In this document: one piece after another, positions 54,733 through 63,599 of the stretch
Layout of the letters: each line of letters starts with the position of its first letter
Position numbering within the stretch: the first letter of the stretch is position 1
NCBI GenBank assembly: GCA_947588685.1
Contig: CANPYM010000005.1
Location: 298 to 64,297 of the forward strand
Length of the DNA: 64,000 bases
Source of the DNA: an uncultured Bacilli bacterium
GTDB taxonomy: Bacteria; Bacillota_I; Bacilli_A; RF39; UBA660
Direction of reading: 5' to 3'
Position numbers and translations under genes: made by a program
Notes under the pieces: model-generated
What the model saw: the letters and a program-made list of their open reading frames with translations, nothing else
What the model was told of the DNA's origin: nothing
Databases searched by the model: none

Positions 54733-55440
54733 ATGAAACGTAATGTTATAAGTGTAGTTATTATTACATTACTTGTGATTGGTTTAGGAATTAGTGTTTT
54801 CTTTAATTTAATGCCTACAGAAACTAAAAAAGAAGAATTGCCTACTTTACCTAAACCAGAATTAGCTGAAGGCTTAAGAGGTAAACAATTTGGTATTGAT
54901 AAAAATATTGATGAAACGACAATTGATAAATATCTAAATCGTCCTGATAGTGTTTACCGGGATATGCGAATGTTAAAAGATCCTGGTAATTATGAAGCTA
55001 TTGGTGGAGACTCATACCTATCTGGCTTTATTAAAGGCTTTGAAGTTGTACCTTATCCACTTTTAGTTAATGTAAGTGGTTTACCTGAAGAAGTAGGGGA
55101 TAGCTATACTGGTAAAACTTTATATACGGAAAAAGATGGTAAATATACCCCTAACTATGAAGAATCGTTAAGTATTTTAGAGTATTATTTTCCAAAGGAT
55201 AAAAATATTTTCTTAATTTGTGGCGGTGGCGGTTACGCTGGTATGACAAAAAATATGCTTATAAGTTTAGGTTGGGATGAAGATAAACTTTATAATATTG
55301 GTGGTTATTGGTATTATGAAGGCGATAATAAAGTTCAAGTTAAACGTGAAAAAGATGGCAAAGATGTTTATGATTTTTATAAAGTCATATATCATGATAT
55401 TGACTTTGATAATCTAACGGAGATTAGCGATGAAGAATAA
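54733..55440 (+). CDS. membrane-anchored protein with rhodanese-like C-terminal domain
   Basis: N-terminal anchor VISVVIITLLVIGLGISVFF. IFLICGGGGYAG resembles a rhodanese active-site loop (Cys present). Confidence 0.45.
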   Translation: MKRNVISVVIITLLVIGLGISVFFNLMPTETKKEELPTLPKPELAEGLRGKQFGIDKNIDETTIDKYLNRPDSVYRDMRMLKDPGNYEAIGGDSYLSGFIKGFEVVPYPLLVNVSGLPEEVGDSYTGKTLYTEKDGKYTPNYEESLSILEYYFPKDKNIFLICGGGGYAGMTKNMLISLGWDEDKLYNIGGYWYYEGDNKVQVKREKDGKDVYDFYKVIYHDIDFDNLTEISDEE

Positions 55441-55930
55441 AAAAGTATTAATCGCAATCATTACTATCATAGTTATCTTAGTAGTGGGTCTTGTAATATT
55501 TATCTTAACACGTCCCGAAAAACCTATTAAAGAAGATTATACCGGTGAAAAGTTTACTTTAGATGCTGCCTATTATAATAAAGGTGAGTATCTTGAAAAA
55601 GATAAAGATGAAGTTTTAAAACTCTTAGAAGATAAAGCTAGTTTCTTACTTTTTACGCATAACGATTATTGTACGATGCCGATACCTAGTGATACGATTT
55701 TTCAAAAGACGATGGATAAATATGATATCGATGTTATAAAACTATCTTTTGCCGAGTTTAAAGAAACACCTCTTTATGATACTGTTAAATTAGCGCCATC
55801 CTTTATTCTTATTGAAAATGGTGAAATTAAAAGCTATTTAAGAGCTGATAAAGATGAAGACTATGACCGTTATCAGAAAGAAGCTAACTTTGAAAGTTGG
55901 TTAAATAGTTACGTCAATTTAACTAAATAG
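55430..55930 (+). CDS. membrane-anchored hypothetical protein
   Basis: N-terminal TM VLIAIITIIVILVVGLVIFIL. The soluble domain may be thioredoxin-like but has no CxxC. Overlaps the upstream gene by 11 nt. Confidence 0.5.
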   Translation: MKNKKVLIAIITIIVILVVGLVIFILTRPEKPIKEDYTGEKFTLDAAYYNKGEYLEKDKDEVLKLLEDKASFLLFTHNDYCTMPIPSDTIFQKTMDKYDIDVIKLSFAEFKETPLYDTVKLAPSFILIENGEIKSYLRADKDEDYDRYQKEANFESWLNSYVNLTK

Positions 55931-55961
55931 AGTAGATTATGAAAATAATCTGCTTTTTATA

Positions 55962-56000
55962 TTGACAAAAGTTATATAATGTTATATAGTGTTATATGTG
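55962..56000 (+). promoter_or_regulatory. promoter plus three tandem 10-bp repeats (candidate GntR/YtrA operator)
   Basis: TTGACA (55962-67), 17 nt, then TATAGT (55985-90). GTTATATAAT / GTTATATAGT / GTTATATGTG lie head-to-tail at 55971-56000. Confidence 0.5.
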
Positions 56001-56009
56001 AGGTGCATT

Positions 56010-56384
56010 ATGCGAATAATTGTGAGTAATAGTAGCCCCGTTCCTATCTATGAACAGATTAAAAAGGCCATTATGGATCAAATTATGAATGATGAGTTAA
56101 AAGAAAATGAGCCTTTACCATCAATTAGGGCCTTAGCTAGGGATATTAAAATTAGTGTTATGACCATTAAAAAAGCTTATGATGAATTAGAAAGTGAAGG
56201 CTATATTAAAGTTGTCCAAGGTAAGGGAACTTTTGTTAGTCCTAAAAATCCTGATTTGGCTTTAGAAAATGCCCAAAAGGAAATTGAAAAGCATCTAGAG
56301 GAAGCTTTAAATATTGCTAGTAGGTATGATATATCCAAAGAAGATTTAAAAGAATTAATTGATATTTTAGGAGGCGAGGCATAA
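56010..56384 (+). CDS. GntR-family (YtrA-subfamily) transcriptional regulator
   Basis: PIYEQIK..I......L...E.LPSIR.LA.D..IS..T..KAY..LE..GYI....GKGTFV and a short C-terminal tail, typical of YtrA. Start moved to ATG 56010. Confidence 0.85.
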   Translation: MRIIVSNSSPVPIYEQIKKAIMDQIMNDELKENEPLPSIRALARDIKISVMTIKKAYDELESEGYIKVVQGKGTFVSPKNPDLALENAQKEIEKHLEEALNIASRYDISKEDLKELIDILGGEA

Positions 56385-57232
56385 TGGATGCTATTAATGT
56401 TAAAGATTTAGTTAAAGAATATCGTAATTTTACTTTAGGTAATTTAAATGTCACGATTCCATCTGGTTATATTGTCGGTTTAATCGGAGAAAATGGCGCT
56501 GGTAAAACAACCTTTATTAAATGCTTGTTAGAAATTATTAAACCAACGAAAGGGACAATTAAACTCTTAGGACAAGATATTAAAGATGCCAAAGAAGATA
56601 TTGGCGTTGTCTTAGATGATATGTTTTTTCCAGAAATATTACAAGTTAAAGATATAAGTGCCGTTATGAAAGGCATTTATCAAAAATGGGATGAAGAATT
56701 ATTCTTTAAGTATTTAAAAGATTTTAATTTAGACCCTAATAAAATTATTAAGACGTTATCTAAAGGTATGCATAAAAAACTAGAAATAGCAACCGCTTTA
56801 GCGCACCATCCGAAACTTCTTATTCTAGATGAACCAACCGAAGGCTTAGATCCGGTTGTTCGAAGTGAAGTTTTAGATATCTTTTTAAACTTTATTCAAG
56901 ATGAAGAACATAGTGTTTTATTATCAACCCACATTACGAGTGATTTAGAACATATTGCTGATTGCATCATTTTTATTGCTGATGGCAAAATCTTAATGGA
57001 AAAAGACCGGGATGAGTTATTAGATAATTATGGTATCTTAAAAGTTAATGTCGATGAGATTGATAAGATTGCCAAAGAAGACATCATCGCTTGTCTTAAA
57101 CATCGCTATGACTATGAAATTCTTGTCAGTGAGAAAGATAAGATAAGTAAAAAGTATCCTAACTATATTGTTGATAAGATAACTTTAGAAGAATTGATGG
57201 TTTTAATGATTAAGGGGGAAAGACAATGTTAG
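56384..57232 (+). CDS. ABC transporter ATP-binding protein (ABC-2 type)
   Basis: Walker A GENGAGKTT, signature LSKGMHKK (degenerate), Walker B LILDEPTEGLD. ATAATG junction with the gntR-like gene. Confidence 0.85.
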   Translation: MDAINVKDLVKEYRNFTLGNLNVTIPSGYIVGLIGENGAGKTTFIKCLLEIIKPTKGTIKLLGQDIKDAKEDIGVVLDDMFFPEILQVKDISAVMKGIYQKWDEELFFKYLKDFNLDPNKIIKTLSKGMHKKLEIATALAHHPKLLILDEPTEGLDPVVRSEVLDIFLNFIQDEEHSVLLSTHITSDLEHIADCIIFIADGKILMEKDRDELLDNYGILKVNVDEIDKIAKEDIIACLKHRYDYEILVSEKDKISKKYPNYIVDKITLEELMVLMIKGERQC

Positions 57233-57858
57233 GTTTTATTAAAAAAGATTTATTAACGATTAAAAGTAATTATAAGATTTTAATTGTCTATTTAATTTTT
57301 GTGCTTGTCTTCACTTTTCAAAATAATGCCTTTATCACGTTTTTACCACCTTATTTAAGTGCGATGCTTCTGATGTCGACGTTTGGCTATGATGAAAAGA
57401 ATCACTGGGATGCCTATGCCGCTACTTTCCCTAAAGGCCGTATTAATGTTGTCAGAGCTAAATATTTAGCTACCATTTTAGTTACATTTATTGTTTCACT
57501 TCTAGTCTTCATCATAGCTTTGGGTTTGTCATATTTAGGTGATGATAAGTTTGATATGTTAGAGACGATTGTGACTTTACTTGCCACTTTTGGGGTGACT
57601 ATTATTTTTATTTCTTGTATGTATCCTGTTTTCTTTAAATATGGCGCTGAAAAATCCCGTTTAGTTATCCTTGTCGTAATCGTAGCTATGGTTGGATTAT
57701 TTTATGGAATTATTAAGTTAGCTTCGCTTAAAGCTTTAGCTAGCGTTGTAACATTTATCGGGAAACATATTATATTATTTATGATTCTTACTATTATCTT
57801 AATCACTTATATATCTTATATTATTTCTAAGAAAGTTTATTTAAAAAGGGAGCTTTAA
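57226..57858 (+). CDS. ABC-2 type permease
   Basis: Six hydrophobic helices. Overlaps the ATPase gene by 7 nt. Confidence 0.65.
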   Translation: MLGFIKKDLLTIKSNYKILIVYLIFVLVFTFQNNAFITFLPPYLSAMLLMSTFGYDEKNHWDAYAATFPKGRINVVRAKYLATILVTFIVSLLVFIIALGLSYLGDDKFDMLETIVTLLATFGVTIIFISCMYPVFFKYGAEKSRLVILVVIVAMVGLFYGIIKLASLKALASVVTFIGKHIILFMILTIILITYISYIISKKVYLKREL

Positions 57859-57920
57859 AAAGTAAGTCTTTAGGATTTGCTTTTTTTAGTGTATAATTAA
57901 AAATAGAAAGAAGGTATATT

Positions 57921-58895
57921 ATGTGTACAGCAGTTACTTATTACACTAAGGATCATTATTTTGGTCGTAATTTAGATTTGGAATATTCTTATAATGAAAC
58001 GGTTACGATAACGCCTCGCAATTATGTTTTTAATTTCCGTAAGATGGGGGAAGTTAAAACGCATTATGCGATGATTGGTATGGCTTATGTAGCCGGTAAT
58101 TATCCTTTATATTATGATGCCGTAAATGAGAAAGGCTTGGGCATGGCAGGATTAAATTTCCCTAAAAATGCTTGTTATAAAGATGTTGATGAAGAAAAAG
58201 ATAATGTCGCACCATTTGAGTTCATCCCTTATATCTTAACGCATGCTGCTACAGTTAGTGAGGCAAGAGAATTACTTAAAAATATTAATATTGCAAGTAT
58301 TGATTTTTGTGAAGAATTAAAGGCTTCACCATTACACTGGATTATTGCGGACCAACATGAAGCCATTACGGTTGAAGCCGTTAAAGACGGTGTTAAAGTA
58401 TATGATAATCCAGTTGGTGTTTTAACAAATAATCCAACTTTTGATATGCATATGTTTAACTTAAATAATTATATGTCTTTATCTATCGAACCACCGCAAA
58501 ACACTTTCGCACCTAACTTAGAATTAGATACATATAGTAGGGGTATGGGTGGCTTAGGCTTACCAGGTGATTTATCTAGTGCTTCACGTTTTGTTAAAGC
58601 AACTTTTACCAAGATGAACTCTTTATCTGATGATAGTGAAGCGGGAAGTATTAGTCAGTTTTTCCATATCCTAGAATCTGTATATCAACAAAGAGGTTGT
58701 GTCCATATGGGAGACGATAAGTATGAGATAACTATTTACTCATCTTGTGTCAATATGGATAAAGGCATTTATTATTACAAGACTTATGACAATAGCCAAA
58801 TAACAGGTGTTGATATGCATAAAGAAGACCTTGATGGATCTTTACTTGTTAGTTATGACCTTGTTAAAGATGAACATATATTAATGCAAAACTAG
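57921..58895 (+). CDS. bsh: choloylglycine hydrolase (bile salt hydrolase, Ntn family)
   Basis: N-terminal MCTAV (Cys2 nucleophile), FGRNLD, AGLNFP, NNPTFD, SASRF: conserved BSH/PVA blocks. Confidence 0.88.
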   Translation: MCTAVTYYTKDHYFGRNLDLEYSYNETVTITPRNYVFNFRKMGEVKTHYAMIGMAYVAGNYPLYYDAVNEKGLGMAGLNFPKNACYKDVDEEKDNVAPFEFIPYILTHAATVSEARELLKNINIASIDFCEELKASPLHWIIADQHEAITVEAVKDGVKVYDNPVGVLTNNPTFDMHMFNLNNYMSLSIEPPQNTFAPNLELDTYSRGMGGLGLPGDLSSASRFVKATFTKMNSLSDDSEAGSISQFFHILESVYQQRGCVHMGDDKYEITIYSSCVNMDKGIYYYKTYDNSQITGVDMHKEDLDGSLLVSYDLVKDEHILMQN

Positions 58896-58897
58896 GG

Positions 58898-60076
58898 ATG
58901 ACGATAATGGCAAATGTTAATGATTATTTAAAATGGCGGGGCGATATCCCTATAAGTCGTGATTTTCCTTTTAATGAATTAGATGGGGTCGTTTTAGCGC
59001 GCTTATCATACCTTCTTTTTGATAAGATTAAACTTGATAAGGAAGAAACAATTTTAAGTATCTATCAAAAGATGATAAAACTTAGTCCTAGTTCTTTTAT
59101 TAGAGAAGAAGATTATGATTTAATTAGAAACTTGGGACAATCTAGGCGCTTTAAAGATATGCTTGTAACCGATTATGAACAAGATAACGACAAGGACTTA
59201 GAAAAACAATTCCGAGCAATTACGATTCATCTTTCGTCTAAAGAGATGTTTATCTCTTTTATGGGAACCGATGCGACAATTACCGGGGTTAAAGAAGACC
59301 TTAATATGTCCTTCTTGGATAATGTGCCTTGTCAAGAAAAAGGTTTAGAATATTTAAAAGAGTGTGCTTATCATTATTCTTATAAAAAGATTAGATTAGG
59401 AGGACATTCTAAAGGTGGGAATGTCGCTATTTATGCCTTATTAAGAGCTTCTAAAGATATTCAAAGACGGATTATTAAAGTATATAATTATGATGGACCA
59501 GGATTTACTAATAATATTTTAAGAAAATATGCTAAAGATAAAATTATTAATAAAATCGAAACGTTTATTCCCCAAGATTCGATTATTGGTCGGATGTTAA
59601 ATCATCAAGAAAAAATGACTATTATTTATAGCGATGATACCCTAGCTTCCCAACACAATGTCTATTTGTGGCAAGTTCAAACTGATCATTTTATCAAATT
59701 AGATCATCTTCGGGATGTAAGTGATAATATCGATATGACACTATCGACTTGGTTAGAAGAGACAACGCCATATCAACGCCAAGTCTTAGCTGATACGATT
59801 TTTGAGTTGTTTAAGGCAACTGGCGAAGATAAGTTTCGAGATATATCCCATAATTTAACTAGTAATATTCCTAAAATTTTAAAGAAATATACGGAAATAT
59901 CTCCTGAAGATAAAAAGGTAATGACAAGGTTAATCAAAAAACTTGTCAGTGTTAATGCTAAAGTAATGAAAGAAAAAGAAACACTAAAATGGCATCAAAT
60001 GAAGGATACTTACCTTGAAAAAGGTAAATTAAAGATGCACGAATTAAATGATAAATATTTACATAATAGAAATTAG
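58898..60076 (+). CDS. alpha/beta-hydrolase, DUF2974 (Mbeg1-like) lipase-like protein
   Basis: FMGTD....W.ED and the nucleophile elbow GHSKGGN. Confidence 0.6.
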   Translation: MTIMANVNDYLKWRGDIPISRDFPFNELDGVVLARLSYLLFDKIKLDKEETILSIYQKMIKLSPSSFIREEDYDLIRNLGQSRRFKDMLVTDYEQDNDKDLEKQFRAITIHLSSKEMFISFMGTDATITGVKEDLNMSFLDNVPCQEKGLEYLKECAYHYSYKKIRLGGHSKGGNVAIYALLRASKDIQRRIIKVYNYDGPGFTNNILRKYAKDKIINKIETFIPQDSIIGRMLNHQEKMTIIYSDDTLASQHNVYLWQVQTDHFIKLDHLRDVSDNIDMTLSTWLEETTPYQRQVLADTIFELFKATGEDKFRDISHNLTSNIPKILKKYTEISPEDKKVMTRLIKKLVSVNAKVMKEKETLKWHQMKDTYLEKGKLKMHELNDKYLHNRN

Positions 60077-60084
60077 GAGGATTT

Positions 60085-60648
60085 ATGAAGAAAGAAATTA
60101 AAACAACAGAAGCAATTTTCCCTATGCCCGTTTTGATGATTGCTACCTATAATGAAGATGGTAGTGTGGATGTTATGAATGCCGCTTGGGGTGTGATGTT
60201 AGATCGTGACATCATTGGCCTTAATTTAACTGAAACTCATAAGACTGTTCAAAATATTAAAGCAAGAGGAGCTTTTACGGTTAGTATTGCTGATGCCGCT
60301 CATGTTAAAGAAGCCGATTATTTTGGCGTTGTATCAGCTAATAATACACCTGATAAGTTTGAACGTAGTGGTCTTACGACAACGAAATCGAATCTTGTTG
60401 ATGCTCCTATTGTTAATGAGTTTCCAATCACGATGGAATGTATGTTTATTGAATACCAAGATAGTGAATATGGCATTGGTGTTGTGGGTAAAGTCGTTAA
60501 CACATTAGTTGATGAAGAAGTGATGACGGATGGTAAGGTTGATATATCTAAAGTAAATGCCATTGCTTTTGATCCTTATACGCATGGTTACTATAAAGTA
60601 ACAGAAAGGGTTGGCAATGCTTTTCAAGATGGTTTAACATTAAAGTAA
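60085..60648 (+). CDS. flavin reductase-like FMN-binding domain protein
   Basis: PMPVLMIATYNEDGSVDVMNAAW pattern and a split-barrel size of 187 aa. Confidence 0.7.
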   Translation: MKKEIKTTEAIFPMPVLMIATYNEDGSVDVMNAAWGVMLDRDIIGLNLTETHKTVQNIKARGAFTVSIADAAHVKEADYFGVVSANNTPDKFERSGLTTTKSNLVDAPIVNEFPITMECMFIEYQDSEYGIGVVGKVVNTLVDEEVMTDGKVDISKVNAIAFDPYTHGYYKVTERVGNAFQDGLTLK

Positions 60649-60730
60649 AAATAAGTATTAATTTACTTATTTTTTGTTGCTTATTTAGCTAATAAATGTT
60701 AAAATGAAAAGGCAGTTTGGATGTGATAAG

Positions 60731-61480
60731 ATGAACTATACTTTTAAAGACGTCTTTTTAGCGCTTCGTGAAGAATATAAAAAAACGAATCAAGATGTTA
60801 TGTCTTTATTAGAAACTTTAAAATTAGGACCTAAAGCTACTTATCATCATTTTGATTTAGATAAAATGCAGTGGGAAGAGGGATGTCGCCTTTTTCTAGG
60901 TATCCGCCATTGTACAGGTATATCATTAGGTGGACACTTCCATTTAGGTAATTATCCTGGTGATATAACAGAGTTTAATCTTGATGATTATGGTCATGAT
61001 GCTGTTATCTGTTTTCCTAAAACGAAGCAAGTTGCTTACACAATTGTTGATTATGATGCCTTTAAAGAAAAATTAAGAAGCCTTAAAGAAAGTGCTTTTG
61101 CTAGAAATATAACGACGGGAACTATTATCGTTAATAATGATAGTGAAGAGTTGTTGTTACTAATTAGTGTCAATGGTATTCATCTATTAAAAGATGGCTT
61201 TGTAAGAACTATAGATTATGTTGGTTCAATGGACATGGTTATGCTAAAAGGTTATGATGATGAAGCTTTAAGTTATTTTAAAAAAGTTCTTGACCTACCT
61301 TTAGATATTGACAGTTTAAGTTTGTATCATAAACAAATTATTACATCATCAAAACCTAAAGAATTAGTCTTTGCTGATGATACCCCTAATGATTTAAAAT
61401 CTTTAGCGTTCATTGAAGAGCCTAAGAAACTCGTTTTAAAAGGAACGAATAAAGCCGGTTATCATACGGATTTATTATAA
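60731..61480 (+). CDS. hypothetical protein (249 aa)
   Basis: The ATG at 60704 lies in a TGtTAAAAT -10-like box, so the start is moved to 60731. No family recognised. Confidence 0.5.
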   Translation: MNYTFKDVFLALREEYKKTNQDVMSLLETLKLGPKATYHHFDLDKMQWEEGCRLFLGIRHCTGISLGGHFHLGNYPGDITEFNLDDYGHDAVICFPKTKQVAYTIVDYDAFKEKLRSLKESAFARNITTGTIIVNNDSEELLLLISVNGIHLLKDGFVRTIDYVGSMDMVMLKGYDDEALSYFKKVLDLPLDIDSLSLYHKQIITSSKPKELVFADDTPNDLKSLAFIEEPKKLVLKGTNKAGYHTDLL

Positions 61481-61493
61481 AATAATTTAAGAC

Positions 61494-61521
61494 TTGACAA
61501 TAATAAAAAAAGATGTATAAT
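61494..61521 (+). promoter_or_regulatory. near-consensus sigma-A promoter with no adjacent ORF
   Basis: TTGACA (61494-99), 16 nt including TG, then TATAAT (61516-21). Confidence 0.6.
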
Positions 61522-61527
61522 ACAGAG

Positions 61528-61627
61528 CCAAGTGAGGAGATATAAGCATATTTGTGAGCTATCTCGGGTTTACCTACACAATTATAAAGTAATTGGAGTC
61601 ACGAATAAAATGGTTCGTGGCTTTTTT
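61528..61627 (+). ncRNA. candidate ~100-nt small transcript (sRNA, or leader with micro-ORF) ending at an intrinsic terminator
   Basis: It is bounded by the promoter above and by hairpin gtcacgaa-taaaatgg-ttcgtggc plus T6 (61598-61627). It contains GAGGAG and a possible 12-codon GTG ORF (61554-61592, VSYLGFTYTIIK). No known riboswitch fold was recognised. Confidence 0.3.
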
Positions 61628-61782
61628 GTAGCTACGAAAAAATAGTGAGTATGTATAAGTTTCGACGAGCTACATAGAGATTAATTCTTACACGTGAATC
61701 ACGGAGTCACTATCAAGTTTACATATTGATTTTGTCAACGTGATTTTTAGTTTACGTAAATGCGGTAATGCTAAAGAAAGTA

Positions 61783-61791
61783 TGTTATAAT
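61783..61791 (+). promoter_or_regulatory. extended -10 promoter (TGtTATAAT) for the downstream ABC operon
   Basis: TG at 61783-84 and TATAAT at 61786-91, 36 nt before ATG 61828. Confidence 0.5.
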
Positions 61792-61827
61792 TTTGTTAAG
61801 TAGACCTAAATAGAGGAGGGTGATTTT

Positions 61828-62811
61828 ATGGCCGTAATAGAAGTAAAAGGGTTATCAAAAACGTTTAAAGTAAAACTTAAAGATAAAGGCTTTAAGGGTA
61901 GTTTAAAAGCGATGGTTAAACCAAAGTATAAAACTGTTAATGCCGTTAGGGATATCAGCTTTACGGTTGATAAGGGAGAGATTATTGCCTTTATTGGGCC
62001 AAATGGTGCTGGTAAAAGTACAACTATTAAAATGATGACAAGCATTCTTTTTCCTGATCAAGGCTCAATTAAAATATTAGACTTTGATCCTAAAAAAGAT
62101 CGTAAGAAATTATCTTATGAAATTGGAACTGTCTTTGGTCAAAAAGAACAACTATGGACACATTTAACCCCTTATGATAATTTTAAGTTTTTTGGCGCAA
62201 TTTATGATATTCCTGAAAAAGCGGTTGAAAAGAAAATTGACGAATTAAAGATGCTTTTTGAACTTGATGAGTTTATAAACACACCGGTTCGAAATTTATC
62301 TTTAGGTCAAAGAATAAGATGTGAAATTGTTGCTTCTTTAATCCATAATCCGAAGATATTATTTTTAGATGAACCTACAATCGGTTTAGATCCGGTTGTT
62401 AAAGAAAATATTCGTTCTCTTATCAAAAGAATGAATAAGGAGTATAAAACAACTATTTTCTTAACAAGCCATGATGTTGGCGATATCGAAAAGTTATGTA
62501 AAAGAGTTATCATTATTAATAATGGCCAAATTGTTTTGGATGATTCAATGGACAATTTAAAATATCATTATTTAAATAAAAAGATTGTTGAAGCTAAGAT
62601 GAAAGAGCGAGTTAATCTTGATGATGAAGATGGCATTACTATTTTAAAAGACAAAGGATATAATTTAAAAATTGAAGTGGATACGACTAAAAGAAGTGTT
62701 GCCGATGCGATTAAATTATTAAACCCTGATAATATTATTGATATTAATATTTCTAATATCCCTCTTGAGGATATCATCAGTAGTATTTATCAAAATAAGG
62801 ATCAGTTATGA
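61828..62811 (+). CDS. ABC transporter ATP-binding protein
   Basis: Walker A GPNGAGKST, signature LSLGQRIR, Walker B LFLDEPTIGLD, H-loop TSHD, plus a C-terminal extension. RBS agaggaggg. Confidence 0.9.
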   Translation: MAVIEVKGLSKTFKVKLKDKGFKGSLKAMVKPKYKTVNAVRDISFTVDKGEIIAFIGPNGAGKSTTIKMMTSILFPDQGSIKILDFDPKKDRKKLSYEIGTVFGQKEQLWTHLTPYDNFKFFGAIYDIPEKAVEKKIDELKMLFELDEFINTPVRNLSLGQRIRCEIVASLIHNPKILFLDEPTIGLDPVVKENIRSLIKRMNKEYKTTIFLTSHDVGDIEKLCKRVIIINNGQIVLDDSMDNLKYHYLNKKIVEAKMKERVNLDDEDGITILKDKGYNLKIEVDTTKRSVADAIKLLNPDNIIDINISNIPLEDIISSIYQNKDQL

Positions 62812-63599
62812 AAAAGTATTGGTTTATAATTAAAACAGAAATAATGAGTAATTTACAATACAGATTTGATGTTATATTTGGTTTTGTTAGTTACTTTATT
62901 TTGTTATTTATTTTATTTAACTTATGGCGATATCTATATAGTGATACAAGTGGACTTATCAATGGCTATAGTATGGCCCAAATGATGTGGTATGTCGTTA
63001 TGACAGAAATACTTTGGATGACTTTAGGTGGTCGAAAGTTTAATACGAAAATATGTAATGATGTTAAAACGGGTAATATAACATACAACATTAATAAACC
63101 TTATAGTTATATTGGTTATTCATTATCGATGCATTTAGGCGATATATTAGTTAAGGGTGTCCTTTATGTTTTAATTGGTATGCTTATCGGCTTTATCTTT
63201 TTAGGTCACTTCCCAAGTTTAAGTATTATAGAAATAATAGTTGTTATTATCGCATCAATATTAGCTACAATTATTAGTATCTTTATCATTATGGCTTTAG
63301 GCTTAATATCATTTTTTATTGAGGATGCAACACCTTTTTATTGGGTATATAGTAAATTAATTTTAATATTGGGAACCATTTTCCCAATCGAATATTTTCC
63401 AACTGTTTTACAAAAAGTTTTAAACTTTAGTCCGATTTATGTTGTAAGTTATGGCCCAGCTAAACTATTTGTCGATTTCTCATGGGATAAGGCTATCACC
63501 ATTATTGGTGCTCAATTAATTTATCTAGTTATTACTTATGGAATTTGTAAATTAATCTATCAGAAAGGGGTGAAGAGAATAAGTGTTAACGGCGGTTAG
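62808..63599 (+). CDS. ABC-2 family permease (DUF990-like)
   Basis: Six hydrophobic helices. ATGA overlap with the ATPase gene. Confidence 0.65.
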   Translation: MKKYWFIIKTEIMSNLQYRFDVIFGFVSYFILLFILFNLWRYLYSDTSGLINGYSMAQMMWYVVMTEILWMTLGGRKFNTKICNDVKTGNITYNINKPYSYIGYSLSMHLGDILVKGVLYVLIGMLIGFIFLGHFPSLSIIEIIVVIIASILATIISIFIIMALGLISFFIEDATPFYWVYSKLILILGTIFPIEYFPTVLQKVLNFSPIYVVSYGPAKLFVDFSWDKAITIIGAQLIYLVITYGICKLIYQKGVKRISVNGG

